A DNA stretch of 43,718 nt, taken from positions 30,144,789 through 30,188,506 of the forward strand of contig NC_068994.1 of NCBI RefSeq assembly GCF_001194135.2. The letters run 5' to 3'. This document shows, one piece after another, positions 23,431 through 33,722 of this stretch. The notes under the pieces are model-generated. The model saw only the letters and a program-made list of their open reading frames with translations, was not told the origin of the DNA and ran no database searches. This stretch comes from Octopus bimaculoides (taxonomy: Eukaryota). How positions within the stretch are numbered: the stretch's first letter is position 1; each line of letters opens with the position of its first letter. The translations under genes were made by a program, and so were the position numbers.

Positions 23431-24136
23431 CTAAATGAGGAGTAGAGATGAGTAAAGGGTTAGAACAGAACAGGTTTGTTGTAGAAGAGGAGCTGCAAGA
23501 CAACTCACATTTGAGGAGAGAGAGTGAGAGTGATTGAGTGGAGCTGGAAAGTGATAAAAAACATAGTGGTGATAAGACATCAAGATAGACCTTCAAGGTA
23601 CAAGGTGGGTAGGAATGAGTGGGGCAAAGGGACAGGGAGTGAATGGGGAGTAGGAGATGCAGAGCAGATCAGTAGAAAAGAAATGATGATACTGTAAAAT
23701 AGGACAAATGATGATACTGAAATAGGACAAAATGAAGATACCGTAAATAGGACAAAAGAGAGATGACATGCTGTTGGGTAGGTTGTAAGAATGAATGGGG
23801 AGGAGAGGGGCAGGTGTAGAGTATGAAGAGGGGGAGATGTATGGTGGTGGAGGATAAATTTGGTGGACCAGTGTGTGATGGGATGGGGTGATCAATGAAA
23901 GTATGGGCGGAGAGAACAGTATTAATGGATAAAGGATGGATAACAAGTGCAGTGGTTCTGGATACTAAGAAATCTGGCATAAAAAATGTAGATACAGGGA
24001 GGTGATTGGTGTTTTGAGAAAGGAAAATAAGTGAAGGGCCCAGTTGTATTTATATATACATACACATACAGCTCCACCTGAATTCAGATTCACTGAGGTA
24101 AGCAGATATTCTCGAGAGCTGTACACATATACACAT

Positions 24137-24257
24137 GCTTCCCAACCCCAACCATGTGGCCTTGAGTTTAGCCCCACTGCAAAGTGCCTTGAGGAGTGTT
24201 TTCTACTATAGTCTTGAGCTGACAAAAGCCTTTGTCAGTGAATTTGGTAGGCAGAAA
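24137..24257 (+). mobile_element. SINE family A fragment
   Basis: GCTTCCCAACC..CCCACTGC..TTCTACTATAG..AAAGCC..TTTGGTAGGCAGAAA. Confidence 0.7.
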
Positions 24258-24419
24258 ATAAGTCTGTTTTCTGTATCCATGTGTGTGTGAAAGTGCTTGC
24301 GCCTCCTAGACACTCACACATATTTGACAGTGGAAAGGAGAAGATATGAACAAGCAGGTATACAAGATATAACAAAGAAACAAATATACAAACTAAATAT
24401 GAATTGTAATTTTTAAAAT

Positions 24420-24425
24420 TTTATT
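24420..24425 (-). terminator. Candidate polyadenylation signal of the 705-aa ZNF gene
   Basis: AATAAA on the minus strand about 45 nt after the stop codon; the hexamer is common in AT-rich DNA. Confidence 0.3.
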
Positions 24426-24468
24426 TTCATTGTAATTTTTGAAATGATAAAGGAAAAATGAAGTTATG

Positions 24469-26586
24469 TCAAAGGTCATGTGCTGAATTTGAAGTAATTA
24501 CTGGAGTTGTAGTGAAAATCTGTGCTGCTGCACTAGGGTGCATTTGTATGGTTGGAATCACTTGTGCATTTGTTGGGTACATCTGAATTGTGGGAAAAAC
24601 CTGAGTTGATGGAAAGATCTGGGCTGCCATTGTATAGAGATCAGAATCAGGTAACGTCATATGTTGAGCAAGTTGTGCATGTGGAAGTGTTGCTTGTGTA
24701 TCCAGATTGAGATTTATCTGCTGTGGTTGAGCTGAGGTTGACTGGTTCAGGGGGACACCTGTTGCTATGGTGACAGTCTGAGGATGTTGTATTTGTTGTT
24801 GGGCAGCTTGGATGTTAAATAAGTGAAGATTTTCTGCTTTCACAATATTAATAGTTTGTAGTGGAGCTGCACTCTCTTGAGTAGATGGTTGTGAAGCTGC
24901 ACTCTCTAGAGTAGTTGGTTGTGAAGCTGCACTCTCTTGAGCAGTTGGTTGTGAAGCTGCACTTTCTTGAATCTGTTGTGCAGCTGAGTCTATTTCTACT
25001 TCTTGTTTTAGCTGCACTTGGAGAAGATTTTCAGTGTTTTCTTGCTGTTGTTGTTGTTGTTGTAATGGAACACAGCTTAATTTGCGTTCTCCTTTGTTTG
25101 CTTTTTTATGCCTTTCCAAGTGATCGTTGCGGGCAAATGCATAACCACACCTTTCACATTTGTAAGGTCGCTCACCAGAATGGATTTTACTGTGTACTTT
25201 CAAATGTGACCTCTGAGAAAAAGACTTTTGGCAAAGGTCACACTGAAATAACTTTTCCCCAAGATGTGTTCGTTTGTGTCGTTTTAATTTACTATTAGCT
25301 GAAAATGCCTTGCTGCATGTACTGCAGACAAATGGAAGCACTGCATTGTGAATTTGCTTGTGTAAATTGGTGTGTGAACGCTGAGAGAAAGCTTTCCAGC
25401 AGACATCACAATCAAGAGGATTCATTTCACTCATCAGTTCCTTCATTTTATCATTCTGAAAAATATTGTCCCTGTCAAGTATGCTTGAAGATGATGATGA
25501 TGATGATGCACTCTCAGTCAAATGCTTCTCACTAGTGTGTATGCGTTGGTTGTGCACTTTTAAATGTGAGCGTTGGCTGAAAGACTTACCACACGTTTTG
25601 CAATCAAATGGCTTTAGAGCCTTGTGTATCCGCTCATGCACACTTGCATCTTTATGCAGAGTGAAAGCTTTCCAGCAGTCTTTACAATCAAATGGATTTG
25701 ATCCATTGAGCTCGTATGCTGCCATCCAGTGGTTAGTACTGGCATCAGAGCAGCTGCTGTTCTTTCTGTCTGTTAAGGAAACAGTTCTGGAGCTGTCTTC
25801 TCGGTTGGGAGTCTTTAATGTGTTATGGATTTTTAAGTGTCGGGCAAGATTACTACTTCTAGAGAATGTGTGTCCACATATGTTGCACCTATAAGGTTGT
25901 CCACCTGTATGAATTGTTTCATGTTCCTTCAGGTGGAACTTCTGTGAAAACTCCTTTCCACAGACTTTACACGTAAACTTTGTAGAACTGCTATCAGGGA
26001 TCTTATTATCCTCATCTCTTGTCATAACAACAGATGCTGGAGAATCACTGGAAGTTACACTCTGAGATTGCTGCAGTACTGTTGTCAGAAGTACTTGTTG
26101 ATGTTGTCGTTGTTGCTGTAGTTGTAATTGGTGTTGTTGTTGTTGTTTTTGTTGTAGTAGCTCCTCCTCCTCTTCTTCGGATTGCTTTTGTTGTTGAAGT
26201 TGAATTTGAAGCTCTTGTTGTTGTTGTTGTTCCAACAACTGCTGCTGCTGTTGCTGTTCCAACAACTGCTGCTGCTGCTGCTGTTGCAGTTGCTGCTGTT
26301 GTTGCTGTTGCAGTTGCTGTTCTTCTTGGGTTGGTTGGTGCTGCAGCAATAGAATATGTTGTGGTTGTTGCTCTTGTTGTTGTTGTTGTTGCTGCTGCTG
26401 CTGCTGTTGCAGCAGAAACGTTGGCTGCACAGGGTGGTGGGTGCTGCTGTGTTTCTCCAATAGCTCATACTGGCTGAATGTCTGTGCACACAAACTGCAA
26501 CAGTATGCTGCCCCCAGCTTTGTCAGTGCATCGGCAACCAACACAATGGGAAGACCCTCATTCGATACTTGGATAACTTGATTCAT
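24469..26586 (-). CDS. C2H2 zinc-finger protein, 705 aa, 10 fingers (last degenerate), with polyQ and polyS tracts
   Basis: One N-terminal finger (CSLC..HSSTH), a polyQ region, then fingers arranged 2+2+4 plus a terminal CERC..HKKAN finger lacking the second His; TGGQPY, LGEKLF and SGERPY linkers; uninterrupted ORF with an in-frame stop upstream at 26656-26658. Confidence 0.93.
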   Translation of the reverse strand: MNQVIQVSNEGLPIVLVADALTKLGAAYCCSLCAQTFSQYELLEKHSSTHHPVQPTFLLQQQQQQQQQQQQEQQPQHILLLQHQPTQEEQQLQQQQQQQLQQQQQQQLLEQQQQQQLLEQQQQQELQIQLQQQKQSEEEEEELLQQKQQQQHQLQLQQQRQHQQVLLTTVLQQSQSVTSSDSPASVVMTRDEDNKIPDSSSTKFTCKVCGKEFSQKFHLKEHETIHTGGQPYRCNICGHTFSRSSNLARHLKIHNTLKTPNREDSSRTVSLTDRKNSSCSDASTNHWMAAYELNGSNPFDCKDCWKAFTLHKDASVHERIHKALKPFDCKTCGKSFSQRSHLKVHNQRIHTSEKHLTESASSSSSSSSILDRDNIFQNDKMKELMSEMNPLDCDVCWKAFSQRSHTNLHKQIHNAVLPFVCSTCSKAFSANSKLKRHKRTHLGEKLFQCDLCQKSFSQRSHLKVHSKIHSGERPYKCERCGYAFARNDHLERHKKANKGERKLSCVPLQQQQQQQENTENLLQVQLKQEVEIDSAAQQIQESAASQPTAQESAASQPTTLESAASQPSTQESAAPLQTINIVKAENLHLFNIQAAQQQIQHPQTVTIATGVPLNQSTSAQPQQINLNLDTQATLPHAQLAQHMTLPDSDLYTMAAQIFPSTQVFPTIQMYPTNAQVIPTIQMHPSAAAQIFTTTPVITSNSAHDL
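24864..24969 (-). repeat. Coding 30-bp minisatellite (QESAASQPT-type, about 3.5 units)
   Basis: AAGCTGCACTCTCT.GAG.AG.TGGTTGTG with period 30 on the + strand. Confidence 0.9.
26090..26410 (-). repeat. CAA/CAG-rich coding microsatellite (polyQ)
   Basis: (TGT)n/(TGC)n runs on + encode the multiple Q runs of the 705-aa protein. Confidence 0.9.
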
Positions 26587-26804
26587 CCTTGATGCTGTTG
26601 ATGATAATGATGATGATGTTGTTACTAATGAAGATGATATAGTTATTGATGTTATTTATGATGCGGCTGTATTAATTGTTAAGATTTGTTGTTGCTATAA
26701 ATGCTTTCTTGATGGGGTTTTTGTTGCTGTTGAGTCACCAGAGAGTTGTCATAATTGAAGTTGTTTCTGTTGCTGCTGTTACTAGAGTTGGAAAATCAAG
26801 CCAA

Positions 26805-27023
26805 TGAAGAATCCTCTATGAGGTCACTCAACCTGCTTGAAATAGCAGCCAGATCTCTCACAAATCACACTCTGTCTTAGAAAAAGACACTTTGGATAAT
26901 GGAATCTTGGTTTCCTTATACATAACAAAAAAAAAGAAAGAGAGATGGTTACAGTTGGAATATTTTTGATTGAAGGTAATTATAGGTTTCTCAGATCAGG
27001 ACTGCCCTGGGGTTAAACAATAA
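26805..27023 (+). mobile_element. Short interspersed repeat, family C (AAC-rich tail)
   Basis: GAAATAGCAGCC..CTCACAAATCAC..GGATAATG..GAGATGG..CCCTGGGGTTAAACAA; homologues at 32135-32303 and 31090-31145. Confidence 0.65.
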
Positions 27024-27579
27024 TTGTTTAGATATAGCTTGTATTTGTTCATGTTAATGATGTTCAATATTGTTAACATTATGTACTGGTTATAGTGGGA
27101 ATGGTTATTGTCGGTATTGCTTATGTGGTAGTTGCATCACATTTACTGTTATGTATTCTCTCTGTTGTTGTTGTTGCTCTTCAAGTTTCATGTTACTAAT
27201 GGCAACTATTGTTGTTGTTGTTGGTGTATTGGATGAAGCTTCAGATAGACAAGGCAGTTTGGACCATTATTTATTGATTGTTTAAAAGACAGAGAAATAA
27301 AGACGGTGGGGGTGGCGATGATTGAAACACTGTCATAGGTGACCAGATGGATCCATAGACTTGTTCTTCCTTTCATTTCAGACCTGAAAACCATAAAAAA
27401 AGACAACTGAAATATTACAACATTACCATTACATATTTCCATTAGACATTTTGACAACAAGAACATAGATAAAACATGTTGGTGTGTGTGTGTGTGTGTG
27501 TGTACAGGCATGCATATGTGTGTGTCCTACATATGCCAGTATAGAAAATGAAGATTAAATGACGATGATGATGATGATG

Positions 27580-27612
<33 letters not shown>

Positions 27613-27670
27613 AACACGTATATATACATACACATATACACACATATAAAAACATATATGTAAGCATATA

Positions 27671-27817
27671 TCATCATCATCGTTTAACGTCCGCTTTCCA
27701 TGCTAGCATGGGTTGGACGATTTGACTGAGGACTGGTGAAACCGAATGGCAACACCAGGCTCCAATCTAAATTTGGCAGAGTTTCTACAGCTGGATGCCC
27801 TTCCTAACGCCAACCAC
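27671..27817 (-). mobile_element. Young RTE 3' end with (CAT)n tail
   Basis: CATCATCATCGTTTAACGTCCGCTTTCCATGCTAGCATGGGTTGGACG..CTGGATGCCCTTCCTAACGCCAACCAC; CpGs are retained. Confidence 0.85.
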
Positions 27818-27819
27818 TA

Positions 27820-27892
27820 GGCACAGGAGTGGATGTGTGGTAAGTACCTTCCTTACCAACAACATGGTTCCAGGTTCAGTCCCACTGCTTGG
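27820..27892 (+). mobile_element. SINE family A head (3'-truncated)
   Basis: GGCACAGGAGTGGATGTGTGGTAAG..GGTTCAGTCCCACTGC. Confidence 0.8.
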
Positions 27893-28263
27893 AGCCATCC
27901 TTTGATGTAAACTGTTTTTCGTTTGGCCTATGTATTACTCTTGACACTCAGAGCAGGTTAGAGCATATATCAGGTTCTCCGAAGCACATGTCAAGCTGCT
28001 TTTCACTGTGAAACGTTCTTGTTTGAAGGAGAACTTTAATCCCTCAATTAAATTGATACATATCCCACAGTTGGGTCATTTGCATTTTTTACATTAGAAA
28101 CTATAGTACATATCTTTTTTGCAAGGTTGAAGGAGACATTCATTCTGGTGTGTCTGGGGTGGCATGAGTTGAATGGTAGATATTGCTGGAGTCCGTGGGC
28201 TTATAGTATATATCTGTTTCTATTATGTTGTTAGATTTCTTAATGAGGATGTCGAGGAAGGGG
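27891..28263 (-). pseudogene. Penelope-like element fragment: RT C-terminus/thumb plus GIY-YIG endonuclease
   Basis: Minus-strand PFLDILIKKSNNIIETDIYYKPTD, (frameshift) QYLPFNSCHPRHT..NLAKKICTIVS, then CGIC..TCASENLIYALTCSECQE*YIGQTKNSLHQR. Confidence 0.9.
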
Positions 28264-28490
28264 TTTGTGTTTTATCTACCTTCCTACTTATTAGGATTTT
28301 GGTTTTAGCTAGGTTGACTCTAAGGCCCTTCAATTCTAGACCTTGCTTCCACACCTGAAACTTCTCCTCTAGTTCTGATAGTGACTCCGCAATTAGGGCA
28401 AGGTCATCAGCATAGAGGAGCTCCCAGGGGCAACCTGTCTTGAACTCCTCTGTGATTGCCTGGAGGACTATGGTAAATAAGAGGGGGCTG
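28257..28490 (-). pseudogene. RTE LINE reverse transcriptase fragment
   Basis: SPLLFTIVLQAITEEFKTGCPWELLYADDLALIAES..GLRVNLAKTK; YADD at 28403-28414. Confidence 0.9.
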
Positions 28491-28967
28491 NNNNNNNNNN
28501 NNNNNNNNNNNNNNNNNNNNNNNNNNNNNNNNNNNNNNNNNNNNNNNNNNNNNNNNNNNNNNNNNNNNNNNNNNNNNNNNNNNNNNNNNNNNNNNNNNNN
28601 NNNNNNNNNNNNNNNNNNNNNNNNNNNNNNNNNNNNNNNNNNNNNNNNNNNNNNNNNNNNNNNNNNNNNNNNNNNNNNNNNNNNNNNNNNNNNNNNNNNN
28701 NNNNNNNNNNNNNNNNNNNNNNNNNNNNNNNNNNNNNNNNNNNNNNNNNNNNNNNNNNNNNNNNNNNNNNNNNNNNNNNNNNNNNNNNNNNNNNNNNNNN
28801 NNNNNNNNNNNNNNNNNNNNNNNNNNNNNNNNNNNNNNNNNNNNNNNNNNNNNNNNNNNNNNNNNNNNNNNNNNNNNNNNNNNNNNNNNNNNNNNNNNNN
28901 NNNNNNNNNNNNNNNNNNNNNNNNNNNNNNNNNNNNNNNNNNNNNNNNNNNNNNNNNNNNNNNNNTA

Positions 28968-29703
28968 TCGATCTTCTGGCCGCCTCTTTAATCTTCGCCG
29001 ATTTGCTGCCAATTCAAAGGTACTCCAGTCTATTATTCATGACCTCCTTTATGCAGATGACTGTGACTTAGTCACTCATACAGTGGATGACATGCAAATA
29101 CTCATGAATTGCATTTCTGCTTCTTGCAAGGCATTTGGACTCAGCATTAGTCTGGACAAGACTGTTGTAATGTTCCAGCCTGCACCAGGAAATCCATATA
29201 TGGTACCAGCCATCTTGGTTGAAGGAACAATTCTGAAGGTAGTAGACAAGTTTGTCTACCTGGGCAGCAAACTCAGCCGTTCTTGCTCCCTGGATGAGGA
29301 AATATCTTTCAGGTTGCAGAGAGCAACTAATTCCTTCCGGTCTCTTCAGTCTCGTGTCTGGTCCCAGCATGGCATAGCAAGGCAANNNNNNNNNNATCTT
29401 TCAGGTTGCAGAGAGCAACTAATTCCTTCCGGTCTCTTCAGTCTCGTGTCTGGTCCCAGCATGGCATAGCAAGGCAAACAAAAGTTGCTGTGTACTGACA
29501 TCGCTCCTCTACTCATGTGAGACATGGACTCTGTACAAACGTCAGGTAAGAGTCCTTGAACACTTTCATCAGAAATATCTCAGACACATTCTCAATGTTG
29601 GCTGGACCTCAAAAATTCCAGACACACAGGTCCTGAGCTCAGCTGATATCTTGAGTGTTGAGGCAATGGTGCACAAGCTCCGGTTACATTGGACTGGACA
29701 CCT
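28968..29703 (+). pseudogene. RTE (BovB-like) LINE reverse transcriptase fragment
   Basis: RLFNLRRF..DLLYADDCDLV (YADD 29050-29061), FGLSISLDKT, FVYLGS, SCETWTLY, LRLHWTGH; includes an 80-nt duplication around the 10-N gap. Confidence 0.9.
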
Positions 29704-29759
29704 TATTATAATATATACATATAGATACAGGTATATACATATATATATACATGTATGTA

Positions 29760-29828
<69 letters not shown>

Positions 29829-30760
29829 NNNNNNNNNNNNNNNNNNNNNNNNNNNNNNNNNNNNNNNNNNNNNNNNNNNNNNNNNNNNNNNNNNNNNNNN
29901 NNNNNNNNNNNNNNNNNNNNNNNNNNNNNNNNNNNNNNNNNNNNNNNNNNNNNNNNNNNNNNNNNNNNNNNNNNNNNNNNNNNNNNNNNNNNNNNNNNNN
30001 NNNNNNNNNNNNNNNNNNNNNNNNNNNNNNNNNNNNNNNNNNNNNNNNNNNNNNNNNNNNNNNNNNNNNNNNNNNNNNNNNNNNNNNNNNNNNNNNNNNN
30101 NNNNNNNNNNNNNNNNNNNNNNNNNNNNNNNNNNNNNNNNNNNNNNNNNNNNNNNNNNNNNNNNNNNNNNNNNNNNNNNNNNNNNNNNNNNNNNNNNNNN
30201 NNNNNNNNNNNNNNNNNNNNNNNNNNNNNNNNNNNNNNNNNNNNNNNNNNNNNNNNNNNNNNNNNNNNNNNNNNNNNNNNNNNNNNNNNNNNNNNNNNNN
30301 NNNNNNNNNNNNNNNNNNNNNNNNNNNNNNNNNNNNNNNNNNNNNNNNNNNNNNNNNNNNNNNNNNNNNNNNNNNNNNNNNNNNNNNNNNNNNNNNNNNN
30401 NNNNNNNNNNNNNNNNNNNNNNNNNNNNNNNNNNNNNNNNNNNNNNNNNNNNNNNNNNNNNNNNNNNNNNNNNNNNNNNNNNNNNNNNNNNNNNNNNNNN
30501 NNNNNNNNNNNNNNNNNNNNNNNNNNNNNNNNNNNNNNNNNNNNNNNNNNNNNNNNNNNNNNNNNNNNNNNNNNNNNNNNNNNNNNNNNNNNNNNNNNNN
30601 NNNNNNNNNNNNNNNNNNNNNNNNNNNNNNNNNNNNNNNNNNNNNNNNNNNNNNNNNNNNNNNNNNNNNNNNNNNNNNNNNNNNNNNNNNNNNNNNNNNN
30701 NNNNNNNNNNNNNNNNNNNNNNNNNNNNNNNNNNNNNNNNAGACACAGACTCAATAACTT

Positions 30761-30856
30761 TATTGACGTCCTCCTTAAACCTATTCTCCAGCATATACCA
30801 AGCTTTATACGGGATGATCTGAACTTTTTAAACCATCTCCCAAACAAAACCAGCAA
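30761..30856 (+). pseudogene. Penelope-like RT N-terminal fragment
   Basis: RLNNFIDVLLKPILQHIPSFIRDDLNFLNHLP resembles the PLE RT segment before the first catalytic Asp. Confidence 0.7.
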
Positions 30857-31195
30857 GGTTCAACTGCCCTTGAACTCGGAATGTTGTCTGAAATCCTTCC
30901 TTTGCTATTTGTTTAGTTGCACAAAAAGATGTCATCTGGAAAGCAGAATTGTAGTGTTGAATGTTGGGGAGGAAGTGCTTTGATTCTGCAGTACACCCAT
31001 TCTACTATTTAAAAAAAAAAAATGAAAGAACACATTTAATTCGATAATTTAGTTCTAAATACACTATACTTGTGAAAAAAAAAAGAAAGACTTTGGTCAT
31101 TGGTCTGCTGAAGCAAAGATGACCTGGGGTTAAACAACAATAACAGCAGACATAGAGAAGTAGATTGGAGAGTAGGGAGAATACAATAAGCCTAG

Positions 31196-31504
31196 CCTGT
31201 CACACTGCAGCCATATGATTTATTATTGCATGAGACAGTGCAGTATCTGTGGGACAATGAAGAAACAGACCAGACAGCGGACAGAGTGCAACATATCCAG
31301 ACTGTCACACTGCATGACATACAACTCATCACTGACTGTCAGAGTATGCAGTATGGTCTTCAGTTCAGTGAAGACATGATATAATTAGGACAACAGCCAA
31401 TGCCAAAAGGATTGGCAGCAATACTGCTGGCATTTATTTGTGACATGTATTATCAACAGTTAGGTAGGTATAAAAGCTGCCAATACACTGACAGTGGTGA
31501 CAGG
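31196..31504. mobile_element. Candidate MITE (PIF/Harbinger-like terminal inverted repeats)
   Basis: CCTGTCACACTG (31196) and CAGTGGTGACAGG (31492-31504) are inverted; CTGTCACACTGCA repeats internally near 31302; the TSD is unclear. Confidence 0.4.
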
Positions 31505-31789
31505 TATTCATAGCAGAGGATGTAAGAAACTGGGAAGACCCGGGGGGGGAAAAGATGTTGAGGTCAACAGATTATTTGACTGCATTAGAATGAAAGAGGT
31601 TAGGAAAAAGTAGAACAATGGTTCACCATTCAGCAGACCCATGACAACAGAGAAAAAGAAATGATATGATGATGATGATGATGATGATGATAACTGTATT
31701 ATACAGATATTAGTCACAAGAAGACCTGCTCACCACAACAAAAGTTTGATCCTAAAACTATATTACCACATAAAAACCATTGGTGTGGG

Positions 31790-31995
31790 CACTAGTGCCA
31801 CATAAAAAGCACCCAGTACACCCTGTAAAGTGGTTAGCATTAGGAAGGGCATCCAGCTGTAGAAACCAAGCCAAAATAAACTATGAAACCTGGTGTGGCC
31901 CCTGACCTTGCCAGTTCTTGTCAAGTCATTCAATCCATGCCAGTATGGAAAACAGACCTTAACTGTTGATGATGATGATGATGATGACGACGACG
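31790..31995 (+). mobile_element. RTE 3' end with (GAT)n tail
   Basis: AAAAAGCACCC..AGGAAGGGCATCCAGCTGTAGAAACC..ATCCATGCCAGTATGGAAAAC..(GAT)n. Confidence 0.85.
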
Positions 31996-32134
31996 ACAAA
32001 CGGATTTCTACAATCACAGTACCTGTTGATGTCAAGAAGAGTATTCAGTTATGAAAGTCCTGATTACAACCAAATGAAATAGAGAGGATATTCTCTTAGA
32101 ACAAACAAGGCACCTTCTAAATATCAACTAAAAT

Positions 32135-32303
32135 TGCAAGAAATAGCAGCCTAATATTTCTCAAATACCACCCTATTGTCTTTAACACATTGTATAATGT
32201 AGTCCAAGATAGATAAAAGGTGAGATGGCTATAGCTAGAATGCCTGTGACCAAGGATCTGTTTGATATGAGGCTGATCTAGGACTAAACAGTAACAACAA
32301 CAA
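32135..32303 (+). mobile_element. Family C repeat
   Basis: GCAAGAAATAGCAGCC..TAATGTAGTCC..GAATGCC..CTAAACAGTAACAACAAC. Confidence 0.65.
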
Positions 32304-32699
32304 TTAAACTTAAATTGAAGCCCAACAAGCCTCATAGAGATAAACACTGAGGTAGAGCAGGAAAGATAGAGATTGGTTTGATGTGAGTTTACTGAGACTT
32401 CACAGCTGAGATGACACAGCATTGTTTGTCACATATGGAGAAATGAGGTATCAAAAACTTGTGAATGAGACTCAAATGAACACAGACAAATAGGTGGTAA
32501 TGATAATGATTATGACAATGATGGTGATAGGGGGAAGATAAGTAATGAGAAATGGAAAGTAAATAAGCTTTGGACTTTTCTCATAGAAAGAGTAAGACAG
32601 CTTCAGAAGCAGGCATTGAAACTGTTACCATGAACTTGTCTTTTACTCCATGATGCTTGGCACAATGTCACCATAATTGAGACCCCAACAACATAAGGT

Positions 32700-33722
32700 A
32701 AAATCTAAGTATTTATACAGATCTGATTGTGATGAATAGGTACAGAACAAGTTGGCTAACACCATGATGACTATTCAAATGTAAGTAGAAGTTATGGATA
32801 TAATACAAAGAATGCAAAAAGATCAAGGCTCTTGGAGTTCTGCACTGCAAATGGCCTAGCCATTTGCAACATTAACTTTTGAAAATCAGTCATGCAATCC
32901 ATCAGAGTGCTGACCAGATGTTATATGCAGGTGTCCTTGTCCTTTAAGTGGAATCTGTAGTAGAATAAAAACAGAAATTCTAAGAGTGGAAGCAATACCT
33001 GAAATCAAAGGGGTTAACTTAGCAAAAACAAAAATTTCAGTAAGCAGGAAAACAGACAGGACTCTACCTCCGTCAGGGAAATAGCTTTGCTTGATAATTA
33101 GAAAAGGAGCAGTAGAAGTTCCATATGATGTACACATTGCAAACAAGAGGTGCAATGGTAACACAGCTGGTTAACAGAGAGAAAAGACTTTGTTATGTGG
33201 AAGATGCTTAAGAGCAATAAAACAGTATGAGAGCACAGGAAAAAGATTTTCTTAAATACCCAGGAGGATACCTAGATATAACAGATGGCTTCTGTTACTT
33301 AGGTGACCTAATTAACAATAGAGGAGGATGTTCTGAAAGTAGAGAAGCCTAAAAGAAGTTCCTTTCTGAGAGTAAAAGGCAGATTGTATGATACTTGTGT
33401 ACCAATAGCACTGCTACATAGTAATGAGACAGAGGTACTAAATGCAGAAGACTTGCAAAAACTAGAAAAAAGCAAAGCTAGCTTGCTCTGCTGGTTGTAC
33501 ATCAGTATGCATCAATAATGAAATACAAACATGTTGAGAGAAAAATTGGGAATAAAAAGAATCAAATGTGCAGAAGAGATGAATATGTGATGCATATCAA
33601 TGAGGACAACTACATAAAGAAGTGCCAATCACTTTATGTGGATGGAAAAGTAAAGATTGATCTCTAGGTTTTGAGCTTCACAGAAATGATTGATAACATG
33701 AGATGCTTGAGAAGATCCACCC
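32700..33722 (+). pseudogene. Decayed, internally deleted RTE LINE (endonuclease and RT C-terminal remnants)
   Basis: RLLEFCTANGLAICN (APE region); FCYLGD, LRVKGRLYDTCV, LREKLG (RT C-terminal region). Confidence 0.75.

Noticed and set aside
24915-26489. Antisense and alternate-frame ORFs over the 705-aa ZNF (e.g. 26034-26477 polyV/A, 26085-26489 polyN/S)
   Set aside because: They are shadows of the CAA/CAG repeats and the codon structure of the real gene
24469-26586. Assigning a gene symbol (ZNF148/281/740-like or KLF-like)
   Set aside because: The resemblance is limited to generic finger helices; orthology cannot be supported by eye
26587-26655. In-frame S/T-rich N-terminal extension of the 705-aa ZNF
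   Set aside because: It is bounded by an in-frame TAA at 26656-26658 with no ATG; it would need an unproven acceptor (TCTTCATTAG)
29306-29475. 80-nt direct repeat in the RTE RT
   Set aside because: The two copies are identical and flank a 10-N gap, so this is most likely an unmerged contig overlap
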